Sequence record: PZ871095.1
DNA: 44,927 bases
DNA from: a phage
Strand: one strand, 5' to 3'
The notes beneath the pieces are model-generated. The model searched no databases. It saw nothing but the letters and a program-made list of their open reading frames with translations, and was not told where the DNA came from. Positions 9,211 to 17,545 of the stretch are shown here, piece by piece. Each line of letters begins with the position of its first letter. Position 1 is the stretch's first letter. The translations under genes and the position numbers were made by a program.

Positions 9211-9804
9211 GTGGCTGAAGTCTACTCGTTCGCCGCCACTATTGCTACGTGGGTGGATAAGACGAAGGAGAACAACGACAAGGCGGTGCGGGCGTACGGT
9301 ATGCAAATACTCGGACGCCTGATCGAGATCTCCCCAGTGGGCGACCCCCGCCGGTGGAAAATTAACAGGGCTTACGCGCTCGCCCGCCAGCACGCAAACA
9401 AGGTGAACGCCGCACAGCGTCGCAAGAATGGCGGCAAACTGAAGCGTGGACAGAAGAAGCACGCAAGTGTGCTGGTATCGTTCAAGACTAAAAACGGCAA
9501 TGTAACATTTCGCCAGCGTGGCTGGGCCGCGAAGAATTACACCGGCGGGCGCTTCCGGGGGAACTGGCAGGTGACATTTGATCGCCCGGCTGTCGGTGCT
9601 ATTGACCGCGTTGACAAGGCCGGAACGGCAACATTAGCCGCGGGGCGTGAAGTGCTGGCGCATTACGATTCGAGTGAATACGGGTCGATCTGGTTTACTA
9701 ACAACGTGCCATACGCGCAGCGCCTGGAGTATGGCTGGAGTAAACAAGCGCCCGCGGGGATTGTTCGCGTAGTAGCGGCAGAAATTAATTCGAAGGTGAA
9801 ATAA
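9211..9804 (+). CDS. putative tail component (HK97 gp10-like)
   Basis: 197 aa, GTG start with AAGGGG ribosome-binding site; basic central segment; position between joining proteins and major tail protein. Confidence 0.5.
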   Translation: MAEVYSFAATIATWVDKTKENNDKAVRAYGMQILGRLIEISPVGDPRRWKINRAYALARQHANKVNAAQRRKNGGKLKRGQKKHASVLVSFKTKNGNVTFRQRGWAAKNYTGGRFRGNWQVTFDRPAVGAIDRVDKAGTATLAAGREVLAHYDSSEYGSIWFTNNVPYAQRLEYGWSKQAPAGIVRVVAAEINSKVK

Positions 9805-10226
9805 TGAGCAATACCGCAATCCGCAAAGCGCTTAACAGCGTGGTAGAAGAGTTATCGGTAAGCCTGAGCACTAGCCAGCGCCCGATCCAGGTTAACTGGG
9901 AGAACGTGAGCGGCGACCACGCAAACGGCAGCGGTGTCTACCTGGAGCCGTACCTGCTACCGGCCCCGACCCAGTTTGTGGGCTTCCAGCAGAAGGGCCG
10001 GATCTATGCTGGCGTATATCAGGTTGCCGTAGTGTTTCCCGCGGGCACTGGTACACAGTATGCGAGCGAACTGGCGGACGCCATCGCGACGTCGGATAAA
10101 TGGCAGGCCGTAAGGATTTCCGGAGCGGCCTTCCAGCTTCAGGACTCGCCTTATACCAGTTCGGTGGTCGAGGACGTTGATCGCGCCCGCATCGTGGTTA
10201 CAGTACCCTACACCTGTTGCGCCTGA
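9804..10226 (+). CDS. putative tail terminator / tail completion protein
   Basis: 140 aa, ATG overlapping the previous stop (ATAATG); gene immediately before the major tail protein. Confidence 0.5.
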   Translation: MSNTAIRKALNSVVEELSVSLSTSQRPIQVNWENVSGDHANGSGVYLEPYLLPAPTQFVGFQQKGRIYAGVYQVAVVFPAGTGTQYASELADAIATSDKWQAVRISGAAFQLQDSPYTSSVVEDVDRARIVVTVPYTCCA

Positions 10227-10286
10227 TTTGGCGCAATTCTGCGCGTGCTGTATCATTAAACCGTATATCTAAACAGGAGCTTTATT

Positions 10287-11012
10287 ATGGGTTATCAACT
10301 TCCCAACGGGTCCAGCGTCCAGATCGGGTCCGTATTAGGCAGCGGCATCGCGGTTACGGCAGCTACCAACGCCGCCGCGTCGATCTCCGACCTTACGCAA
10401 GGTTGCGTAATCACCTGCGCGGCTTCGCATGGTCTGGTTGTTGGCGACGTTGTTATGTTCACTAAAACCCCGTGGGTCCGAGCGCTTAACCGCGCGTTCA
10501 TCGTGGGTAAAGTGGATGCTAACGACGTGACGCTGGCGCGCTTCGATACTCAAGACGTCACAAAATACCCTACCGGCGCTTTCGGCGTAGGCACGCCGGG
10601 CGAAGTGGTGAAGGTGTCGAGCTTTATCGACTTCCCGTTTATCACTAACGTTGCCGTGTCTGGTGGCGACCAGCAGACCACCACCTTCCAGCCGTTGCAG
10701 GTGAATACCGCGATCAGTCTGAACACCACGAAAAACCCGTTGGTACAGACTTACACCTTCACCCACGACGAAGAAGACCCGATCCGCCCAATCCTGGAAG
10801 ACCTGGACGACACACAGAAAACCACTGTGATTAAGTTCACTAACCCAGCGGCAGCAAGCGGCAAAGGTGAGATTCGTATTTACCCAGCTAAGGTATCTTT
10901 CCAGAAGATTCCGTCCGCTGAAGTAAACAACGTGGAAACGGTACAATCCACTCTGACCATGCAGTCTGATATGGTTATCTACCGTAAGGATCTGGTCGAG
11001 GCATTGTCTTGA
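10287..11012 (+). CDS. major tail protein
   Basis: 241 aa, strong AGGAG ribosome-binding site, followed by a strong terminator and then the chaperone/tape-measure genes (canonical order). Confidence 0.7.
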   Translation: MGYQLPNGSSVQIGSVLGSGIAVTAATNAAASISDLTQGCVITCAASHGLVVGDVVMFTKTPWVRALNRAFIVGKVDANDVTLARFDTQDVTKYPTGAFGVGTPGEVVKVSSFIDFPFITNVAVSGGDQQTTTFQPLQVNTAISLNTTKNPLVQTYTFTHDEEDPIRPILEDLDDTQKTTVIKFTNPAAASGKGEIRIYPAKVSFQKIPSAEVNNVETVQSTLTMQSDMVIYRKDLVEALS

Positions 11013-11043
11013 TTTGGTCGCTTAAATAGCGAGTGATAATATG

Positions 11044-11067
11044 GGGCCAGCACGGCCCCTTTTTTAT
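11044..11067 (+). terminator. rho-independent terminator (GGGGCC-agcac-GGCCCC + TTTTTTATT)
   Basis: Perfect GC stem and T-run directly after the major tail gene. Confidence 0.7.
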
Positions 11068-11081
11068 TGGAGAATACTACA

Positions 11082-11444
11082 ATGGCTAAAGCACCACTCT
11101 TCACACTTGACCCTAAGCCAACCTTTAAGCTGCCGATTGAGATCCCGCGCCCTGGTGAGAACGAACCAGGCAAGATGACGTTTACCGTACGCCACCGCCC
11201 GATCGACGAGTTTTCGCAGACCATGCAGGACACCGAACGCAAGCTGTCGGAATATGACGACAATGACCCGGACGGCTTTAACGTTATGGTCGAGGCCATC
11301 ATGCACGTCGCAGAAGGCTGGAATCTGCCGGACGAATTTAACGCGGAGAACGTCCGCCGCCTGGTGGTCAACTATCCACGCGCGTTCGGTGTGTTCCACA
11401 CGTCGTACTATCTCGAACTGATGGGGTTGCGTGAAAAAAACTAA
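11082..11444 (+). CDS. tail assembly chaperone (lambda G-like)
   Basis: 120 aa from ATG 11082 (GGAG ribosome-binding site); located between major tail and tape measure genes; ends with slippery heptamer A_AAA_AAC at 11435-11441. Confidence 0.75.
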   Translation: MAKAPLFTLDPKPTFKLPIEIPRPGENEPGKMTFTVRHRPIDEFSQTMQDTERKLSEYDDNDPDGFNVMVEAIMHVAEGWNLPDEFNAENVRRLVVNYPRAFGVFHTSYYLELMGLREKN

Positions 11445-11758
11445 TTGAGGCGGCGCGACGCTTTTATGGCCCGCCGCCACCCTCCGAAGATTTAGCTGCA
11501 AGTTTATGGGGCGCGGCCCCCGAAGATGTTTGTCCACCTGTTGCGCTGTGGCCCGACAACGCGAAGGTAGTCGCAGTCTTCACAGATTGCTCCACGCAAT
11601 GGCGCACCGGATTTGGTGGCGCATACGGCATCGACTACGGCGTGCTGGAGTGGTTATTTAAGATGCACGGTATCGAAAACGAACAGCGCGCGTTTAAAGA
11701 TATCAAGCTAATGGAACGAATAGCGCTTGATGAGATGGCGCAGCAGAACCCCGCATAA
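11082..11758 (+). CDS. tail assembly chaperone frameshift product (lambda GT-like, -1 shift near 11435-11441)
   Basis: The -1 frame is open for about 105 codons from the slippery site to a TAA at 11756-11758, with no independent start or ribosome-binding site; canonical position for programmed frameshifting. Confidence 0.6.
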
Positions 11759-11760
11759 TG

Positions 11761-12012
11761 AAGCGGGACGTCCCGCTTTGTCCCGCCCTGTAAAACCGCA
11801 TATCTAATCACTTTCATTGCATAAACTCAAAGCGGGACAGGCGGGACGTCCCGTTTTGTCCCGCCCATGAAATGTGCATACCTATTCTAATTTCGTGCAT
11901 AAAACAAGCGGGACAGAAAGCGGGACAGACAAGGGGCGGGACAAAGCGGGACAGCACCCCGTCCCCGCCAGTGCTGCCGCGGTTTTCAGCCGATCGGGAC
12001 AAGCGGGACAAA
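11761..12012. repeat. cluster of GCGGGACA octamer repeats (about 12-14 copies, direct and inverted)
   Basis: Direct reading: GCGGGAC(A/G) recurs at roughly 11-16 bp spacing, including two GCGGGACGTCCCG palindromic hairpins followed by T-runs; starts right after the chaperone extension stop. Confidence 0.85.
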
Positions 12013-12015
12013 GCC

Positions 12016-12064
12016 CAGTCTTTCAGACTAGACGGGGGTCAACGGCCCCCCTCGTCTGAGACTG
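12016..12064 (+). promoter_or_regulatory. conserved 49-nt bulged hairpin element (copy 1)
   Basis: CAGTCTttCAGACtaGACGGGGG-tcaacgg-CCCCCCTCGTCTGAGACTG folds into an interrupted stem of about 18 bp; near-identical copy at 39700-39749. Confidence 0.5.
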
Positions 12065-12132
12065 AATAAGGTTTGTTTGAAATTTGCTGATACAATGACA
12101 GTCGGCAACTGCATAAAAAAGGGGACTGCATA

Positions 12133-14775
12133 ATGGCAGATCAAGCGGCTGGCATCACGCTAAAGGCGGATGTTGCACAAATCAGAACGGCAAATACTGT
12201 GCTGGACTCCTTCGCACAGAAATCCGAGAACACAGAAAACAAGGTTAAGAAATTAAACGACACCCTCGGCAAATCCAAAAAGGTGACGAGTGACGCCGCG
12301 GGCGGAATGGAGAAGCTGGCGACTGAATCGCAGCGCGCCGCCGATGGCATGACGAAACAGGAGCGACTTGCCAACAGGTTAGGCATGTCGACAAAAAACC
12401 TGGGCTTTGCCTCGCGTAACGCCGCATTCCAGTTACAGGATATCGCAGTTACGCTTGAGATGGGGATGCCAGTACACCGCGTTATGCTTCAGCAGTTACC
12501 GCAGTTAACTGGGGCGTTCGGCGGACTGGGTAACACGCTGCGTTATGTTGCGGGATTCCTCGGCCCAGTAGGGATCGGCCTTGCCGCCGTAACGGCAACG
12601 TTAGGCGTGGGCGTGGCAATTACGTCCCGCGCAGAGAACCAGGTCGCCGCGCTTAACAAGACGCTGGCGCTTTCCGGCAACATTTCCGGCCTGACGGCAA
12701 ACCAGATCCTGGTGCTATCCGAGAACGCCGAGCGCATGGGCGGGTCGTTCCGCAAGACGCGTGACACAATCCAGGCGCTGGCGGCGGCGGGTGTGAAAGC
12801 GGGTGGTGACTTCGGCGCACTGGCGAAGGTAGTGAATGACTTCGCGAAGGTGTCCAGCCAGCCGATCGAGGATGTAGTCGCGGCGGTGGCGAAGCTATCT
12901 ACCGACCCGGTAGGTGGCTTGCGAGCATTGGCTGATAAGTATCACGTCGTAAACGAAGCGCAGATCCAGCAGGTGCAGTCGCTCGTTGATGCGGGTCGTG
13001 AGACAGACGCAGTTGCGTTGGCTAACAAAACAGCCGCTGCGTCGTTCACCAGCATGACCAATGAAATCAAGTCCAACATGGGTACGCTTGAGCGGTCGAT
13101 GAACGTCGTCACATCGGCAGCTAAATCTATGTGGGATGCAATCCTGGATGTGGGCCGCGCGCAGTCCTCGAATGAGTCAGAGATGAAAGCGCGTGAGTCA
13201 TTGCAGCGCATGACCACGGCTTATTATGCCGAGATGAAAGCGGTAAACGCTGCCGGTGGGGTAATGACTGAAGCGCAGAAAGCACGTATTAACATGCTTT
13301 ACAGCGAACTGGTCGCCCAGGAAAAAGTGGTGGCGTCGCTCACCCTGCGTAATCGTGCGGAGCGAGACAACGCCCGCGCCGCAGACGAATCCGCAAAGGC
13401 GAACGAGGAGGCCAACCGCACTGCCCGTGACCGCGCCGCGTTCGAGAAGGAATACGCCACCAACGCTAAGAAGCGCGCCGACGAGATCGCCCGCCTCAAT
13501 TTGCTGAATAAGCGCGGCGTGATTGACGAGAAAGAGCTTGCCGAGGCGGTGAAGCAGGTAAACGAGCGTTACAAAGACCCCGCCCCGAAGAAGGCCGCCG
13601 CTGTTCGAGTCGATGCCGGGCTGAAAATGCTGGAAGTCGCGCGAAGCGAATTAGCCCAGCTTCGTGAGTCTGGGAAGCAGATCGAAGCCAACGCATCGAC
13701 GCAGACCAGAACGCAACGCGCGCAAGCGGCCCTTAACAAGCTGATTGCCGACAACGAGCAGTTAATCGCTGCGAGCAAAGAAAGGGCGCTGACGGCAGCA
13801 GAGAAGCAGCAATTAGTCGAGTTCGGGCGCGTGAAGGAAGTACGCGAGCAGATCGTCGAAGAAGCCAAATTGCTGGACGCAAAAGAGAAGCAGGTCAAGG
13901 CGCACGCGCAGATCGACGCCTTCGTTAAGAACCAGAACGCCGAGCTAAAAGCCACCGCGGCGGGCTATGCGCTTTCCACTCGCGAAGCGGCAAACCTGCG
14001 CGAAGAATTGCAGCTAATTGACCGCCTGAAGCGGGTTGGCGCTAACGATACCGATATTGACAAGGCGGTGTCTAAGCTGCGAGAAGTGCAGGAAGCACAG
14101 ACCGGCGCTAACGCCTCGTTATGGGATGGATTCAGTCGCGGGCTTAAGGATAGCGTGGATGAAATGGGTAACGGATATACGCAGATGGCGTCGCTCACGA
14201 AATTTACATTCAGCGCTATGCAGGACACGATGAACGAGTTTTTCGAGACTGGTAAGCTGAACGCAAAGGATATGGTTAAGTCCATCCTGAGCGAATTAAT
14301 CAAGCTGGCTACCTCGCAGGCGTTCAAGTCCATCGTTAGCGCTTTCGGTGGTGACGGCGGCAAAAACGGATTGTTCGGCGCTATCTTCTCTGGCCTCACT
14401 AAGAATGCGGACGGCGGAGCGTACACAGGCGGCAATCTCGCGGCCTATTCGGGGAAAGTGGTAAGCCAGCCTACCTTTTTCAGTTATGGCGTCCAGGCGT
14501 TCGCTAAGGGCGCTGGGTTGATGGGTGAGGCTGGACCCGAGGCCATCATGCCACTGAAGCGCGGGCCGGACGGGAAACTGGGCGTTGCCGCGTCTGGCGC
14601 AGGCGGTGGTATGGTCGTGACGACTAACGTTTACACGGGGACCGGTAAGACGGACACCAGTGTTAGCGGGCCAGACCCACGTACCGCGCAGGCGTTCGGC
14701 AAGCAAATCACCGAGGCGGTGAAGTCCGAGATCGTGAAAGCGACTAAACCAGGTGGTGTACTTTACAAACGATGA
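12133..14775 (+). CDS. tail tape measure protein
   Basis: 880 aa, long helical A/K/E/Q-rich protein with a glycine-rich hydrophobic segment; directly follows the chaperone genes. Confidence 0.9.
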   Translation: MADQAAGITLKADVAQIRTANTVLDSFAQKSENTENKVKKLNDTLGKSKKVTSDAAGGMEKLATESQRAADGMTKQERLANRLGMSTKNLGFASRNAAFQLQDIAVTLEMGMPVHRVMLQQLPQLTGAFGGLGNTLRYVAGFLGPVGIGLAAVTATLGVGVAITSRAENQVAALNKTLALSGNISGLTANQILVLSENAERMGGSFRKTRDTIQALAAAGVKAGGDFGALAKVVNDFAKVSSQPIEDVVAAVAKLSTDPVGGLRALADKYHVVNEAQIQQVQSLVDAGRETDAVALANKTAAASFTSMTNEIKSNMGTLERSMNVVTSAAKSMWDAILDVGRAQSSNESEMKARESLQRMTTAYYAEMKAVNAAGGVMTEAQKARINMLYSELVAQEKVVASLTLRNRAERDNARAADESAKANEEANRTARDRAAFEKEYATNAKKRADEIARLNLLNKRGVIDEKELAEAVKQVNERYKDPAPKKAAAVRVDAGLKMLEVARSELAQLRESGKQIEANASTQTRTQRAQAALNKLIADNEQLIAASKERALTAAEKQQLVEFGRVKEVREQIVEEAKLLDAKEKQVKAHAQIDAFVKNQNAELKATAAGYALSTREAANLREELQLIDRLKRVGANDTDIDKAVSKLREVQEAQTGANASLWDGFSRGLKDSVDEMGNGYTQMASLTKFTFSAMQDTMNEFFETGKLNAKDMVKSILSELIKLATSQAFKSIVSAFGGDGGKNGLFGAIFSGLTKNADGGAYTGGNLAAYSGKVVSQPTFFSYGVQAFAKGAGLMGEAGPEAIMPLKRGPDGKLGVAASGAGGGMVVTTNVYTGTGKTDTSVSGPDPRTAQAFGKQITEAVKSEIVKATKPGGVLYKR

Positions 14776-14809
14776 TAAAATGGCCCTCACTACAACGTGG
14801 GGGCTTTTT

Positions 14810-15409
14810 ATGTCACAAGGTACAATCACACTAACGAAAGGAAGTAAGACCGTCACGGGCGCGGGAACGGCGTTCCTTAGCGAGATCGGGAAGGTACTCG
14901 TATTCGCCCGCATCGACGGCAACGACTACACCGGCAAAATTGCGGCATTCAACTCGAACACGGTCATTACGCTGAAAGATAACTGGGCTGGGCCAACGAA
15001 ATCCGGTGCGGCATATGAGCTAATCGAAGCACACGACCCGCGATCAAACGAATGGCCCTATTACTGGCACATGCAATTGCAGGGCGGTGGCGACGTGCAG
15101 TTAGCTTTCCGGTCCGAGGAATTGCAATTCGGTAATGGCTACGGGCAGAACATCGCGGACGGCCCGAACGCCGAAACTAAACAGTTCCCCGTGCAATTCA
15201 TAGGGCTGACTACTGACAAGTGGTGCAACCCTAAACTGGTTTACAACTTCCTTCGCGGGCACTTCGTCAAGCCGTTTGTCGTCACCGCGCCGGATGGCGA
15301 AACAGGTTTATTCGTGGTCGAGCGTTCGAGCTTGTCGTACACGGACAACGGACACCTCACGGCAACCGTATCCGCCACCCTTAAGACTGCTATTGGATTC
15401 GTAAGATGA
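14810..15409 (+). CDS. minor tail protein (lambda M-like C-terminal region with N-terminal extension)
   Basis: 199 aa after the tape measure; C-terminal segment resembles lambda gpM; N-terminal ~70 aa resemble the tail fiber N-terminus (22293..). Confidence 0.6.
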   Translation: MSQGTITLTKGSKTVTGAGTAFLSEIGKVLVFARIDGNDYTGKIAAFNSNTVITLKDNWAGPTKSGAAYELIEAHDPRSNEWPYYWHMQLQGGGDVQLAFRSEELQFGNGYGQNIADGPNAETKQFPVQFIGLTTDKWCNPKLVYNFLRGHFVKPFVVTAPDGETGLFVVERSSLSYTDNGHLTATVSATLKTAIGFVR

Positions 15410-16194
15410 ATAAACTTTATCGCGAGGCGACGCGCTTTGACCCATCGGGTCGCGTTCGCCTGATTCACATTGACGCGCAGGACGTGGAACCAGGCGACGG
15501 TGCGATCGGCGCGGGCCATCACTATTTCCACTACTGCTTTATTCCGCACACTGCCGAGGATATTGCTGCCGCCGGTGGTGACGAGGATAAGCTAAAACCT
15601 AAATCCATCTTCTTCGGCGGGCAGGAGTTCGAATTTTGGCCCTTCGATTTGTCCGGCCTTAACTTCTCCACATCGACGGCGGCAGAACCGCAACTAACAA
15701 TCGTCGATATTGGCGGCATAATAACCCGGCTGTCGCTGAACCACGACCAGCTACTTGGCGCGAAGGTTGAGATCATTGATACGTTCGCGAAGTTCCTGGA
15801 CAACGGGGCAGATCCAGACCCGACGCAGAAACGAGTTCAGGAGTATTACATCGACTCGCAGGTCGGGCGCAATCCGGGCAAGCAAATTACCTTCGCACTA
15901 TCCTCGCCTGCGGATATGGAAGGGCTGGTCGTTCCCCGTCGCCAAATCATGAATATGTGCGAGTGGGCGCTCAACGGGAAGTACGCCAGCGGGGACGGGT
16001 GCACCTGGAACCTTGCGAAGCCTGGTATAAAGTATTATGACGAGCGGGGTAATGAAGTCATTGCGATGAATATGGACCGATGTGGCGGCTGTTTGTCCGA
16101 CTGTTATCTTCGATTTGGGCAAGGGCTTGCGGACCCGAAAGCGGCGGTGCTGGACTTCGGCGGCTTTCCTGGGTCCAGATTAATTAAGGGGTAG
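15406..16194 (+). CDS. minor tail protein (lambda L-like)
   Basis: 262 aa, overlaps the previous stop; C-terminal Cys cluster (CEWA...CTWN...CGGCLSDC) as in gpL-type proteins. Confidence 0.7.
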   Translation: MNKLYREATRFDPSGRVRLIHIDAQDVEPGDGAIGAGHHYFHYCFIPHTAEDIAAAGGDEDKLKPKSIFFGGQEFEFWPFDLSGLNFSTSTAAEPQLTIVDIGGIITRLSLNHDQLLGAKVEIIDTFAKFLDNGADPDPTQKRVQEYYIDSQVGRNPGKQITFALSSPADMEGLVVPRRQIMNMCEWALNGKYASGDGCTWNLAKPGIKYYDERGNEVIAMNMDRCGGCLSDCYLRFGQGLADPKAAVLDFGGFPGSRLIKG

Positions 16195-16196
16195 CC

Positions 16197-16937
16197 ATGT
16201 TAACGAAAAAGGTTAAAAGCGATATCGCCGCGCACGTTGCGGCGTGTCTGCCGGAAGAAGCCTGCGGCCTGGTGGTCATGGTGGGTCGTAGGCAAGTGTT
16301 CGTCCCATGTCTGAACGTATTTGAAGACCCGACCGGCGTGCGCTCACGCAAAGACGCGTTTACTATTAGTGATATGGCCTGGATGGATGCCGAGGATATG
16401 GGCGACGTCGTGCGCGTAGTCCACTCGCATCCGGGCCAGCGCGAGCTTACCCCATCACTGGGAGACGTTAACGGATGCAACGGCAGCGGCGTAGTCTGGA
16501 CCATCACTAACGAATATGGCGACTTTATCGAGATCGACCCTGAAGACCCGCCGCTGGTAGGCCGCCGATTTGTTCTCGGAATTACAGATTGTTATGGCCT
16601 CGTCATGGACTGGCACAAAAAGCAGGGCGTAAACCTGCCAGACTTCCGCGTGCCGTATAACTGGTGGGAGACAGGCGAAAATCTGTATATGGATAACTGG
16701 TACGGCGCGGGCTTCAGGGAATGCGAGGAGAATACGCCGGGGGCGATGGTCATCATGCAGATTAGCGCGCCAGTGCCTAACCACGCTGGGATATTCCTTC
16801 CGGGCAACCAACTACTACACCATATCTACGGCAGTCTGTCGAGCGTAGTCCCCTTCCGGGCAGGATTTTTCCGCGACAATGTGGTTAAATGGGTCCGTCA
16901 TAAAGACCTACCGGGGAATATCACAGAATGGCAATGA
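16197..16937 (+). CDS. tail assembly protein (lambda K-like, MPN/JAB plus NlpC/P60-like)
   Basis: 246 aa; HSHPG metal-binding motif typical of MPN/JAB domains; position in the M-L-K-I-J order. Confidence 0.75.
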   Translation: MLTKKVKSDIAAHVAACLPEEACGLVVMVGRRQVFVPCLNVFEDPTGVRSRKDAFTISDMAWMDAEDMGDVVRVVHSHPGQRELTPSLGDVNGCNGSGVVWTITNEYGDFIEIDPEDPPLVGRRFVLGITDCYGLVMDWHKKQGVNLPDFRVPYNWWETGENLYMDNWYGAGFRECEENTPGAMVIMQISAPVPNHAGIFLPGNQLLHHIYGSLSSVVPFRAGFFRDNVVKWVRHKDLPGNITEWQ

Positions 16938-17545
16938 CAACGTTTAAATTGTACGGCGTTTTGGGACGTCGATTCGGTAAAGTTCATAAGCTGGACTGCT
17001 TCACTCCGGGCGAGGGTATTACCGGCCTGTGCGTGAAGTTACCCGGCTTACAGGACTTTCTAATGTCAGCCCACCTGGACAATATGATGTTCAAGGTGCG
17101 CAAAGGCGACCACACGATGACCGGCTATGATGAGCTGGGTGAGTTCCACGGCAACCGCGTCGTCACCATCGCGCCGGTTATGACGGGCGCAAAAAGAGGG
17201 TTGGGACAATTGCTGGCGGGTGTCGCGATCGTAGTGGCGTCGTTCTATACGGGCGGACTTGCTACTGCCGCTTTCGGGGCTTCGGCTGCAACCGCTGCCG
17301 CTATCGGGACGGCGACGTTTTCGTTCGGGATGTCGATGGCGCTGGGTGGCGTTATGCAATTGCTGTCGCCACAACCGAAAGGATTGCAGACAAGGCAGGA
17401 CGTGGATAACAAGGCGTCGTATGCGTTCGGCGGCCCCGTAAACACTACCGCGCAAGGCACGGCTCTTGGTGTATTATGGGGCGAGCGTGAGATCGGCGGC
17501 GCTATTATTTCAGCCGGAATCGTAACCGAGGACTTGAACGAATGA
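16928..17545 (+). CDS. tail assembly protein (lambda I-like)
   Basis: 205 aa overlapping the K-like gene; glycine/alanine-rich hydrophobic C-terminal half; precedes the J-like gene. Confidence 0.65.
   Translation: MAMTTFKLYGVLGRRFGKVHKLDCFTPGEGITGLCVKLPGLQDFLMSAHLDNMMFKVRKGDHTMTGYDELGEFHGNRVVTIAPVMTGAKRGLGQLLAGVAIVVASFYTGGLATAAFGASAATAAAIGTATFSFGMSMALGGVMQLLSPQPKGLQTRQDVDNKASYAFGGPVNTTAQGTALGVLWGEREIGGAIISAGIVTEDLNE

Noticed and set aside
11761-12012. Possible CRISPR array
   Set aside because: The repeat unit is only 8 bp with variable short spacing and mixed orientation; there are no regular 25-40-bp repeats separated by unique spacers and no cas genes.
11814-12069. Small ORFs on both strands overlying the GCGGGACA repeat cluster (11814..12011 minus, 11872..12069 plus)
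   Set aside because: Their similarity to the ORFs at 39475..39744 is explained by the duplicated DNA repeat itself; the translations are low-complexity Pro/Gly/Arg strings and they lack ribosome-binding sites.
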